DNA of 14,955 bases. Origin: Candidatus Dadabacteria bacterium (lineage in GTDB: Bacteria > Desulfobacterota_D > UBA1144 > Nemesobacterales > CSP1-2). The position numbers and the translations under genes were made by a program. The stretch is taken from the NCBI GenBank assembly GCA_040289575.1, contig PSLL01000011.1, positions 64,092-79,046 on the forward strand, in the 5' to 3' direction. Positions within the stretch are counted from its first letter, which is position 1. Every line of letters starts with the position of its first letter. Below the pieces are notes generated by a model that saw only the letters and a program-made list of their open reading frames with translations, ran no database searches and was not told the DNA's origin. Positions 1 to 8,681 of the stretch are shown here, piece by piece.

Positions 1-495
1 AGGTATGATGGGGTAAGGTACGGATTCCGGGTCTCTGATGCTGACTCTCTCAGGGATATGTATATGAGAACAAGGGCGCAGGGATTTGGCTCTGAGGTTA
101 AGAGGAGAATCATGATTGGTACATATGCGCTCTCTGCAGGCTATTATGACGCCTATTATCTCAAGGCTCAGCGTGTAAGGACGCTCATTAAGAGGGATTT
201 TGATGATGCTTTTAAAAGGATTGATGTTATTATGACACCGACATCGCCTGAAGCCGCCTTTAAGATAGGGGAGAAAACAGACGATCCTCTCAGGATGTAT
301 CTTTCCGATATATTCACGATTCCATGCAACCTCGTTGGACTCCCCGGCATTTCAGTCCCATGCGGGTTTACATCCAGTGGTCTTCCTATAGGGCTTCAGA
401 TTCTTGGGAAACCGTTTGATGAAGAAACGCTTTTGCGTGTGGCCCACAACTATGAGATTCACACAAATTGGAGGGAAAGAAGACCGCCGATTTAA
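1..495 (+). CDS. gatA: Asp-tRNA(Asn)/Glu-tRNA(Gln) amidotransferase subunit A, C-terminal part (5'-truncated by window)
   Basis: Frame is open from base 1 (RYDGVRYG...). Contains [62 protein letters not shown] and GLPIGLQ, all hallmark GatA motifs. Confidence 0.97.
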   Translation, partial: RYDGVRYGFRVSDADSLRDMYMRTRAQGFGSEVKRRIMIGTYALSAGYYDAYYLKAQRVRTLIKRDFDDAFKRIDVIMTPTSPEAAFKIGEKTDDPLRMYLSDIFTIPCNLVGLPGISVPCGFTSSGLPIGLQILGKPFDEETLLRVAHNYEIHTNWRERRPPI

Positions 496-580
496 AACGG
501 GATGCAGGATTACAGAGTGGATGTAACTTTCGTGCATGATGAATCGTGCATCTTACATCAGTACCTTATTAGGAGGGGAT

Positions 581-748
581 ATGACAGAGAAAAAGAAGGT
601 CTGTATGATCTGTGGGAAACCCTCTGAGGCTTCAATATGTGATCCATGCAAGACTCAGATCCAGGGGGAGGCATTGGATAAAAAGCAGAAGATTGAAAGG
701 GATGTGAGAATTGGTCCAGATATTGAAAAAGAGAAAAAAAAGAAATAA
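581..748 (+). CDS. Small putative zinc-binding protein (55 aa, CxxC-x8-CxxC, Lys-rich tail)
   Basis: Strong SD AGGAGG at 571-576 before ATG 581, preferred over the ORF-track start at 536. Sequence MTEKKKVCMICGKPSEASICDPC...EKEKKKK. Confidence 0.75.
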   Translation: MTEKKKVCMICGKPSEASICDPCKTQIQGEALDKKQKIERDVRIGPDIEKEKKKK

Positions 749-777
749 TAATAGGTAATTATTTATTATATCTAAAT

Positions 778-1620
778 CTAATTCTGAGTTTTTTTCCAAA
801 CCTCAAGTGCCTTCTTATAAATTTTACTTTTAGAAACCCCTAAATTTCGAGAAACCTCTTTAACCGTGTCTTTCAGGCTTAAACCCTTTTCTCTATGAAG
901 TTCAAGCGTTGTACTAATAATATTTTCTAATATATCTGATTTATTGTATTTTCCTTCTAAGATTATTGTAAATTCTCCCTTTATTCCTTCCCTCTGTTTC
1001 AGGGTTTGTATAATGTTAGAGATCTCTCCCCTCAGGGTTTCTTCAAATACCTTTGTGATCTCTCGGCTTATAGAAGCCCGCCTGTTTCCTAGAGTCTCAA
1101 GCATAATTTTTAAGGTCTCTATAATTCTATTCGAGGATTCATAAAATATAAGTGTATGTCTGTACTCTCGAACCGACTCTAGGAATTCCCTCCTCTTTTT
1201 ATCCGACTTTGGAAAAAATCCGAGGAATATAAAGCTCGATGTAGGAAGCCCTGATATACTTAGCGCTGCTATTGCCGCTGAGGGGCCTGGTATGGAAATC
1301 ACTTCTATGCCCTTTTCTGAGGCAAGGCTTACAAGTCTATATCCGGGGTCTGAAATCCCAGGAGTTCCTGCATCCGAGACAACGGCTATGTTTTTTCCAG
1401 ATTCCACAATGGACAGGAGTTCTTCTGCTTTTTCTCTCTCATTATGCTCGTGATAGCTCGTAAGGGGTTTATGGATTTGGTAGCGGGAGAGGAGCTTCTT
1501 TGTAACCCTTGTATCCTCGCAGGCTATGAGATCAACCTCTTTTAAAATCCTGAGTGCTCGAAGTGTAATGTCCTCAAGGTTTCCTATAGGGGTTGAGACT
1601 ATGTAGAGCTTTCCTTTCAT
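778..1620 (-). CDS. rsmI: 16S rRNA (cytidine1402-2'-O)-methyltransferase
   Basis: GKLYIVSTPIGNLEDITLRA, IACEDTR, VSDAGTPGISDPG, IPGPSA, FYES and REITKVFEE motifs. Confidence 0.97.
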   Translation of the reverse strand: MKGKLYIVSTPIGNLEDITLRALRILKEVDLIACEDTRVTKKLLSRYQIHKPLTSYHEHNEREKAEELLSIVESGKNIAVVSDAGTPGISDPGYRLVSLASEKGIEVISIPGPSAAIAALSISGLPTSSFIFLGFFPKSDKKRREFLESVREYRHTLIFYESSNRIIETLKIMLETLGNRRASISREITKVFEETLRGEISNIIQTLKQREGIKGEFTIILEGKYNKSDILENIISTTLELHREKGLSLKDTVKEVSRNLGVSKSKIYKKALEVWKKTQN

Positions 1621-1682
1621 GGGTTTATAGATTACTCTAAGATACTGAGTTTAGTAAAACTAATAATCAATAAGATATATAA

Positions 1683-1708
1683 AGGCATATTGAAATTATA
1701 ATATGCCT
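1683..1708. promoter_or_regulatory. Perfect 9-bp inverted repeat, candidate operator upstream of rsmI
   Basis: AGGCATATT-N8-AATATGCCT, about 60 bp upstream of the rsmI start. Confidence 0.35.
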
Positions 1709-2115
1709 AATAAACTAAAATCTAATTTTACAGTTGACACTGAAAAAGTATTGGAAAGGGTTAAGAACTATCTTTTATACAAAGTAATCCAAACTCAGTT
1801 AGAAAACCTATCTCAGTTAAACAGCCCCCTATTGTAGAACAAGTCCATCTAAGTTGTATATTAGCTTCATAGGTTCAGGGATAGTAGAAGGTTGCTAAAT
1901 GAATTAGAGCAGGCTTTAATCTACAAAGGCTGTAGTAAATGAAATCCACATCCAAAGTTTGCGGTGTGGCCCTTTTGATAAGGCAATTGAGATACTAAAT
2001 GAGAGAAAAACTCCCGTCCTCTCTCTTATTTCTCATTTTTATCATTACAACGGCTTGAAGAAGCATAGCCACTGCAAACACGGCGCCTAAGGTTCTTATT
2101 GAGATGTATAAATGA

Positions 2116-2140
2116 GGGCAGGCGCGAATGTCACCTGCCC
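2116..2140 (-). terminator. Hairpin after amtB, probable intrinsic terminator
   Basis: GGGCAGG...CCTGCCC GC-rich stem 11 nt downstream of the amtB stop, followed on the minus strand by TCATTTAT (weak U-tract). Confidence 0.55.
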
Positions 2141-2151
2141 ATTATTATCAT

Positions 2152-3498
2152 TTAAACCGTATAACCCGTTTCGTTGTGCTGGCTCAAATCAATTCCCATT
2201 AGCTCTTCCTCCTCTGATACTCTGAGTCCCATAATAGCCTTGAGAATAGAGAGGATAATGAACGTGCCCACAATGGCAAGGACCCATGTGACTGCTACGG
2301 CAATCAACTGAACCAAGAGTTGATGCGGATTGCCGAAGAATAGGCCGTTGTTTCCGGCTGGGTTTATGGCCTTGGATGCAAATAGACCCGTTGCAAGAGC
2401 ACCCCATGTCCCCCCGATTCCGTGCACACCGACTACATCAAGCGAATTGTCGTAACCCAATTTTACTTTCACCGTGCATGCGGTAGAACATATGATTCCC
2501 GCACCGAGCCCGATAATAATAGAGGACATTGGACCTACAAAACCTGATGCAGGGGTGATTGCTACAAGCCCGGCTACGGCACCACTTGCCGCACCCAAGC
2601 AAGTGGGTTTTCCTCTAAATATCCAATCCATCATCATCCACGAAAGCGCGGCCGTTGCTGTCGCAATGTGCGTGGCTACAAACGCGCTTGTAGCCAGCCC
2701 ACCCGATGACAGCGCGCTTCCTGCATTAAACCCAAACCATCCTACCCATAGAAGGGATGCACCGACTACGCAAAATGGAAGATTATGCGGAGGCATTGCC
2801 TCTTTCCCATATCCGATCCGCTTGCCGAACATAATGGAAGCCACAAGGGCTGATATACCGGAGCTTATGTGAACCACCGTTCCACCTGCAAAATCCAAAG
2901 CCCCCATCCCACCATTGGTGCCTATCCATCCACCCTTGCCCCAGACCCAGTGTGCCAAGGGGTCATAGATGAATGTTGCCCAAAGCAATATAAATATGAG
3001 GAATGTGCTGAACTTTGCGCGCTCTACAAACGTGCCTGTAATAAGAGCGGGGGTAATAATTGCAAACATCAACTGGTAAACCATATACAACTGATGGGGT
3101 ATAGTACCCGCATAGTCCGGATTGGGTTCGAGTCCAACCCCTTTTAACCCGAACCAGGCGAGGCTCCCTATTATATGTCCTTTATCGGGACCAAATGCAA
3201 GGCTATATCCCCAGAGCACCCATTGGATAGTAACCAGACCCACTATTATGAAGCTGTGCATTATAACACTAAGGACGTTTTTTGACCTGACCAGACCGCC
3301 ATAGAAGAGGAATAGACCCGGTATTGTCATCATCAATACCAGGGCTGCGGATGTGAGCATCCATGCAGTATCGCCGGTGTCTATCTTTGGCGGTGCCGCC
3401 TCCTGGGCGAATGATAAGCCCGTAAACAGGATTAAAAGGAATACAGCTGGAGTTAAAACAAGACCTATAAAGCCCGCGGCTTCTCTTAGCTTCTTCAT
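2152..3498 (-). CDS. amtB: Ammonium transporter
   Basis: DTGDTAW, PGLFLFYGGLVR, DFAGGTVVHISSG, GWFGFNAGS, GLVAITP, GVHGIGG (both conserved His residues present) and C-terminal GLRVSEEEE..GID. SD GGGAGGG at 3505-3511 on the minus strand. Confidence 0.97.
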   Translation of the reverse strand: MKKLREAAGFIGLVLTPAVFLLILFTGLSFAQEAAPPKIDTGDTAWMLTSAALVLMMTIPGLFLFYGGLVRSKNVLSVIMHSFIIVGLVTIQWVLWGYSLAFGPDKGHIIGSLAWFGLKGVGLEPNPDYAGTIPHQLYMVYQLMFAIITPALITGTFVERAKFSTFLIFILLWATFIYDPLAHWVWGKGGWIGTNGGMGALDFAGGTVVHISSGISALVASIMFGKRIGYGKEAMPPHNLPFCVVGASLLWVGWFGFNAGSALSSGGLATSAFVATHIATATAALSWMMMDWIFRGKPTCLGAASGAVAGLVAITPASGFVGPMSSIIIGLGAGIICSTACTVKVKLGYDNSLDVVGVHGIGGTWGALATGLFASKAINPAGNNGLFFGNPHQLLVQLIAVAVTWVLAIVGTFIILSILKAIMGLRVSEEEELMGIDLSQHNETGYTV

Positions 3499-3545
3499 CT
3501 CTAACCCTCCCTAGGAATTGTGAAAAAAGTCAAGTTCATAATTAC

Positions 3546-3560
3546 ACAAAAATTGTGCCA
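3546..3560 (-). promoter_or_regulatory. Sigma54-type (-24/-12) promoter of amtB
   Basis: Minus strand reads TGGCAC-AATTT-TTGT versus consensus TGGCAC-N5-TTGC. Spacing is correct, with one deviation at -12. Lies about 48 bp upstream of the amtB start. Confidence 0.7.
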
Positions 3561-3619
3561 GTCATTTCCTCAAGAAAATCGGGCTTTTCTCATGAAAATT
3601 GGGTGGGTTCTAAAACGAT

Positions 3620-3658
3620 TGCCTATAAATTGGACACACTATGCACAAAACTTAATCA
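3620..3658. promoter_or_regulatory. Tandem NtrC-like enhancer boxes
   Basis: Two 17-bp sites, TGCCTATAAATTGGACA (3620-3636) and TGCACAAAACTTAATCA (3642-3658), resemble TGCAC-N7-GTGCA. They are 22 bp apart and 60-100 bp upstream of the -24 element. Confidence 0.55.
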
Positions 3659-3868
3659 GGGTTATGCCAACATCACCAAAATTGTAAGGGCATTCTTGTA
3701 TATGGAATCGCTGATTTGGGTTATCGGTTTTTCTCTAGAAAGTGGTGATATGAAGATAAGGTTGCTACTACTTTGATATTATGTAGTATTTAGACTAACC
3801 CTCGGCCACGGATGGATTTTAATCGTGTAGGTTCGTGGTTGAATGTGTTTTTTAATCCACAAACTGTT

Positions 3869-5047
3869 ATGGTAAATACGGCAGACGCAGTTATAATCGG
3901 AGGTGGGGTGACGGGGGCAAGTATAACATTCCATCTGGCTAAGCTCGGTCTTAAGGTCATCTGTGTTGAGAGGGGCTATCCTGCTTCAGGAGCAACAGGA
4001 AAGTCGAGTGCAATTATCAGGATGCACTATGATAACGAGCCTGAGGTGAGAATGGCTTTTATAAGCCTTCCGTATTTCCAAAATTGGAAGGATATAGTAG
4101 GCATGGGCGATTGCGGATTTAGGGGTACCGGATTCTTGAGGTTGGTTGATCCCGAAGACTACAATAAATTAAAAGCCAATGTCTCTATGATAAGGCAAGT
4201 CGGAGTAAATACTCAGATAATAAGCCGCGAGGATGTAGAAGAGATCGCTCCCAGTTTTTCAACTGGGGATATTGATATTGCCGCATGGGAGCCCGAATCC
4301 GGTTACGCCGACCCATGCGGGACAACATTTGGATTTATATCTGCCGCCGAGAGAGTGGGAGCGAAACTATTGAATCCTGCTTTGGTCACGGGAATAGATG
4401 TCGAATCGGGAAAGATAATCGGTGTAGAGACAAATCGGGGGTTCATTTGGGCAAGAATTGTAGTAAACGCCGCGGGGGCATTTGCATCGAAGGTAGCGGA
4501 GATGGCGGGACTTACACTTCCCATTAAGCCAATCCGCTATCAGGCGGGAATATTCAGGCGTCCACAGGAGATTGAGGCTCCCCATCCCATAACTATTGAC
4601 CGACTCTCAGGGCAGTTTTATTTTAGACCCGACGAAACGGGTCATACCCTAGTTGGAGGAATTGGTGCTGAGAAGGGGGTCAACCCCGAGGATTATAATG
4701 AGACTACTGACCTCGGATATTCTAAGACCGCATTGGGTCTGATCTCAAAGAGAATCCCAGGGATGGAAAGGGCGATTTTTCGCGGGGGGAGGGCCGGATG
4801 TGATGGGCTGAGCGATGACCGGTATGCAATTATAGACATGGTTTCCGAGATCGAGGGATTTTACTGTGCAGTGGGTCACAGCGGTCACGGTTTTAAAATC
4901 GCCCCCGCTGTGGGGATATGTATGGCTGAGCTAATTACCGAAGGAAAAGCAAAAACCGTTGAAATATCGCCGTTCCGCCTTAGCCGATTTGCCGAGGGTG
5001 TAAACCCGTTTAAGAACCCCAACCTTTATGGCGAGCGTGAGCAGTAG
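3869..5047 (+). CDS. FAD-dependent oxidoreductase, D-amino-acid oxidase / sarcosine oxidase beta-like family
   Basis: N-terminal DAVIIGGGVTG dinucleotide-binding motif, GATGKSSAIIRMHY, VVNAAGA and GHSGHGFKIAPAVG. Start at 3869 preferred on domain boundary; 3812 is possible. Confidence 0.9.
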   Translation: MVNTADAVIIGGGVTGASITFHLAKLGLKVICVERGYPASGATGKSSAIIRMHYDNEPEVRMAFISLPYFQNWKDIVGMGDCGFRGTGFLRLVDPEDYNKLKANVSMIRQVGVNTQIISREDVEEIAPSFSTGDIDIAAWEPESGYADPCGTTFGFISAAERVGAKLLNPALVTGIDVESGKIIGVETNRGFIWARIVVNAAGAFASKVAEMAGLTLPIKPIRYQAGIFRRPQEIEAPHPITIDRLSGQFYFRPDETGHTLVGGIGAEKGVNPEDYNETTDLGYSKTALGLISKRIPGMERAIFRGGRAGCDGLSDDRYAIIDMVSEIEGFYCAVGHSGHGFKIAPAVGICMAELITEGKAKTVEISPFRLSRFAEGVNPFKNPNLYGEREQ

Positions 5048-5165
5048 GGTTTTGGATTGGCTTTTAAAAATAAGTATAGGGTTTGCGGAGAAATGGAAAA
5101 ATACCCTTCTTCCCGTGTTGTCCGTTGCAATTTTCATATCTCGCCACTTACAATCCACAATCGGG

Positions 5166-5193
5166 TTGTCACACATACGATATTGTGTAATAT
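5166..5193 (+). promoter_or_regulatory. Possible sigma70 promoter for the MaoC-ligase operon
   Basis: TTGTCA-N16-TAATAT, with an imperfect palindrome ACACA-N8-TGTGT overlapping the spacer. Confidence 0.3.
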
Positions 5194-5244
5194 TTAGAAA
5201 TCCTAAAAATCTACATAGAAAATTAACACAGGAGGATAATTCTC

Positions 5245-6411
5245 TTGCAGAGGACAAATCTCATTTCTTCAAGATACGTGGGCGACTTTAGTGAGGGAGA
5301 TGTCTATCATCACGGTGCGATTCAAATCACCCCTATGAGAAACAGGGAGTATATAAATAAATACAGAGACGGTTTAATCCTTGGAGCGAACCCGGAACTC
5401 AACTTGCATCTCGGATATGAAGACCCCGATTATAAACAAAAAAGAGAGAGATACGGGATAGAAAAACCAGCTCTCGTGAGTCAGGGATTTGTTTTTAACG
5501 TGGGGTTTGGACTCAGTGTCCATGATATATCTTTTAATGCCATTGCAAACCTGTCTTATAGCGATCTGAGATTTGGTACGCCTGTATTTGAGGGTGATGT
5601 CATATACGCAAAGTCTCAAGTACTTGGTAGGGAGTTTAGAAAAGACGGGGCGACAAACGGCTCTGTGCAGGTAAAGACCACGGTTTATAATCAGAGAGAG
5701 GAATCTGTGCTTGAGTATGTAAGGCAGGTGCTAGTAAGGGCTGAGGGCAAAAAGACCTATTCCAAGGAGAGCACTATAAAACCGCAGCCGGGCAGGATTG
5801 ATATACATAAAATGGTTCTTCCAAAACCGTATCACAATCTGCCAAAAGAGCTTCTTGGAAAAGACGGAAAGATATTTGAGGATCTTAATGTGGGAGATGT
5901 CTTTCATGGCCTATTTGAAGAACCAATTGACCTTGTGACTTTTAGCTGGCTTCAGATTGCAACACTAAATGATGCGGCAGTCCATCACAACCCATCATCG
6001 AATTTTATTGGATATGGCGGCGCGGTGAAGGCAAGAGCCGAAGGGGAGATAAGCGGACATTTTCCCCTTGCATACCACATTGGAATGAATAGCGGCTCAC
6101 ACGATGCTCCGACTTATCCGGGGGATATAGTTCAGGTAATATTTGCCGGTGGAAGGGAAGGAGCACATGAAAGAATAAGGGCAAGGATTGAGATAGTGGA
6201 CAAGGCTACAGTCGGCGGAAGGGACGATATTGGGATTATAACGGTAAGGCTTATCGGGGAGAAGTATGTAACCGACGGGGGACTGAAGGCACTTGAAGCC
6301 GCAAAGTTTGGGGGGATTGACCAGATATACGAAGAAAACGGAAATAGATTCCTCAAGGTGCTTACATTAGAGCAGGTATTGGCTGTGCCTACGCAGAAGG
6401 CGTTTAAATGA
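5245..6411 (+). CDS. Double hot-dog (tandem MaoC) acyl-CoA hydratase, divergent mesaconyl-CoA hydratase-like
   Basis: TTG start with AGGAGG at 5230-5235. SVHDISFNAIANLSY, PVFEGD, NQREESVLEYVR, NDAAVHHN, YGGAV and NSGSHDAPTYPGD correspond to recalled Mch motifs (DISLNAVANLGY, NTAKVHF, YGGHV, NAGAHANP). Confidence 0.8.
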   Translation: MQRTNLISSRYVGDFSEGDVYHHGAIQITPMRNREYINKYRDGLILGANPELNLHLGYEDPDYKQKRERYGIEKPALVSQGFVFNVGFGLSVHDISFNAIANLSYSDLRFGTPVFEGDVIYAKSQVLGREFRKDGATNGSVQVKTTVYNQREESVLEYVRQVLVRAEGKKTYSKESTIKPQPGRIDIHKMVLPKPYHNLPKELLGKDGKIFEDLNVGDVFHGLFEEPIDLVTFSWLQIATLNDAAVHHNPSSNFIGYGGAVKARAEGEISGHFPLAYHIGMNSGSHDAPTYPGDIVQVIFAGGREGAHERIRARIEIVDKATVGGRDDIGIITVRLIGEKYVTDGGLKALEAAKFGGIDQIYEENGNRFLKVLTLEQVLAVPTQKAFK

Positions 6412-6453
6412 TGTTTATTTATTCGTGGCTAAGTAAAAACCCCAAGAGGGCAA

Positions 6454-8169
6454 ATGTACATGGCAACCAAAGCTAAAAGACCCAAAGACCTGAAATACAC
6501 TCTAAATCTTGAAAGGCACCGTCCTTTCGATGTTAAGTGGTATGAAAAGGAGGATAGAACCAAGTGGGTTCTGCCTCATATCCTGAGGCAAAGAGCCGAA
6601 GAACTAAGCGACAAACCGTTTTTACAGTTTGGATATAACCCTCCGTACAGCTTCTCACAAACCAACCTCCTTGCCAATAGAATCGCAAATGGACTTATAC
6701 ACCTTGGGGTTAAAAAGGGAGAAAAGGTTTCTGTCTATATGCCCAATTCCTCTGACTACGTTCTTATATGGTTCGGAATTTTAAAGATGGGCGGGGTTAT
6801 GGTTCCTATAAATACAGCATACAAAATGGATTTTCTTCAGTACATAATAGACTCATCCGACTCTAAGGTGCTTTTTATTGCCGAGGAATATCTCGATAGG
6901 ATTCCACCGGTTGCTAATAAGATCCCTAAGATTGAGAATGTCATTGTGTGGACTCGAACCGGAAGCGAGGAGTTTGATCCCCAGGGGTTTCATTTAAGAT
7001 ACATGATTCCGTTTATCACGTTTCTGAATGAACATAAAGAGGACGAGCCCGATGTACAGATTACACATCTCGATCATGCAAGGCTCATGTATACATCTGG
7101 CACAACAGGGAGGTCAAAGGGTGTTGTAAGGCCGTGTCAGGCTGACTATCAGAGCGCAAGGAACTACGCCGAGATTATGGACGTGTGGAATGATGATATT
7201 TGCTTTACGTGTCTTCCCCTTTTTCATTCAAACGCAATGGTGCTTACCGTATATCCGGCTCTTATTATGGGGGCGCGGGTAGTTGTACAGGAGAAATACA
7301 GCTCCACTCAGTTCTGGAAATGGATGAAGGATTACGGGGTTACAAAGTTTAATATGGTGGGTACTATGTCTTATTTTATGTGGAATACCCTGCCTGTGCC
7401 GGAGGAGAAGGAGCATAACGTAAAATTGGTTCTTGGCTCCCCTGCTCCCCACGACATCATAGAGCCTTTTATGGAGAGGTTCAATATAAAGTTTATGGAA
7501 GGCTACGGGCTTACAGAGATAGGTCAGGTTACATACATGCGCCCCGGAGAGCCGTTTCGAGTGGGTTCATGCGGCAAGGAAGCGCCGGGGTATGAGATTA
7601 AGATTGTAGACCCTGAAATCGATGAGGAGCTTCCGAGAGGTCGGGTTGGAGAGATAGTCGTCCGACCCAGGATTCCAAATATAATGCTCCATTATTATCA
7701 CAAGATGCCTGAGAAAACCGTACAGGACTTCCGCAACTTCTGGTTTCATACCGGAGATGCGGGAAGGATGGATAAGAAGGGATATATATATTTTGTTGAT
7801 AGGGTAAAGGATTACATAAGGAGAAGAGGCGAAAATATAAGCTCATTTGAGGTTGAGAGGATTATAAACTCTCATCCCGCAGTGGCGGAGTCGGCGGCGG
7901 TTGGAATAAAAGCCGAGACAGGCCATTATGCAGAAGACGAGGTTATGGTTGTAGTTGTGAAAAAGCCAGATATGGGTGTCACACCGGAAGAGCTTTTAAG
8001 ATTCATTGAACTCCAGATGCCGCACTTCATGATTCCCAGATTTATCCGATTTGTAACCTCTCTTCCCAAGACCGGAACAGAAAGGGTGCAGAAGAACAAG
8101 CTCCGAGAAGAGGGTATAACCTCTGATACATGGGACAGAGAGAAAGCGGGTTATCAAATAAAGCGGTAG
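6454..8169 (+). CDS. ATP-dependent acyl-CoA ligase (CaiC crotonobetaine/carnitine-CoA ligase-like)
   Basis: AMP-binding motif YTSGTTGRSKG, plus LPLFHSNA, EGYGLTE, WFHTGD, DRVKDYIRRRGENISSFEVE and LPKTGTERVQK. Confidence 0.92.
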   Translation: MYMATKAKRPKDLKYTLNLERHRPFDVKWYEKEDRTKWVLPHILRQRAEELSDKPFLQFGYNPPYSFSQTNLLANRIANGLIHLGVKKGEKVSVYMPNSSDYVLIWFGILKMGGVMVPINTAYKMDFLQYIIDSSDSKVLFIAEEYLDRIPPVANKIPKIENVIVWTRTGSEEFDPQGFHLRYMIPFITFLNEHKEDEPDVQITHLDHARLMYTSGTTGRSKGVVRPCQADYQSARNYAEIMDVWNDDICFTCLPLFHSNAMVLTVYPALIMGARVVVQEKYSSTQFWKWMKDYGVTKFNMVGTMSYFMWNTLPVPEEKEHNVKLVLGSPAPHDIIEPFMERFNIKFMEGYGLTEIGQVTYMRPGEPFRVGSCGKEAPGYEIKIVDPEIDEELPRGRVGEIVVRPRIPNIMLHYYHKMPEKTVQDFRNFWFHTGDAGRMDKKGYIYFVDRVKDYIRRRGENISSFEVERIINSHPAVAESAAVGIKAETGHYAEDEVMVVVVKKPDMGVTPEELLRFIELQMPHFMIPRFIRFVTSLPKTGTERVQKNKLREEGITSDTWDREKAGYQIKR

Positions 8170-8178
8170 GATTTAAAA

Positions 8179-8655
8179 ATGGGACGACTCTTGAAGCCGA
8201 TTGATAGGCAACGCCTCTCAGTATGGCTCAGCTATGGTGAGGATGCAATCTACCTGGTTGCTGGTGGGATACTGGCTGCAACTGCTGGTCTGATGCTATT
8301 CTCAACGGGCAAGCTCTTCTTCCAGGCTGTACTAGCCGAGACACTCGTACGCAGTTCACTTGAAGTGCTTGATTCCCTACTTTTGGTATTGATGTTGGTT
8401 GAGCTTCTGCACACGATTCGCGTTTCCATCGTGGAGCACACTTTGGTTACAGAGCCATTCCTCATCATTGCCTTGATTGCTGGGGTACGCCGCATACTGA
8501 TCCTGACTGCCGAGGCCTCGCAATTCATTCAGACCCAGCCCGAACGGTTTCGTATGGCGATGATGGAGATAGGGGTACTCACAGTCTTTTTCTTGGTAAT
8601 TGTAGCCTGTATAGTTCTACTTCGCCGCTTTTCCTCTAACTCTTCGGGGACTTGA
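8179..8655 (+). CDS. Phosphate-starvation-inducible PsiE-family membrane protein
   Basis: Four hydrophobic segments, LLLVLMLVELLHTIR and EPFLIIALIAGVRRIL motifs. AGGA SD overlaps the ligase stop codon. Confidence 0.8.
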   Translation: MGRLLKPIDRQRLSVWLSYGEDAIYLVAGGILAATAGLMLFSTGKLFFQAVLAETLVRSSLEVLDSLLLVLMLVELLHTIRVSIVEHTLVTEPFLIIALIAGVRRILILTAEASQFIQTQPERFRMAMMEIGVLTVFFLVIVACIVLLRRFSSNSSGT

Positions 8656-8681
8656 GATTGATATAAAGAAGGAAGCGAGTC

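Noticed and set aside
1621..2151. RNase P RNA or another structured ncRNA next to rsmI
   Set aside because: AT-rich and lacks the GAGGAAAGTCC and related rnpB signatures on either strand.
3555..3776. 73-aa ORF in the amtB upstream region
   Set aside because: Overlaps the sigma54 promoter and NtrC-like boxes; no SD and no recognisable protein features.
4931..5291. ORFs 4931-5257 (-) and 5028-5291 (+)
   Set aside because: Both overlap real genes at either end and span a promoter region; likely spurious.
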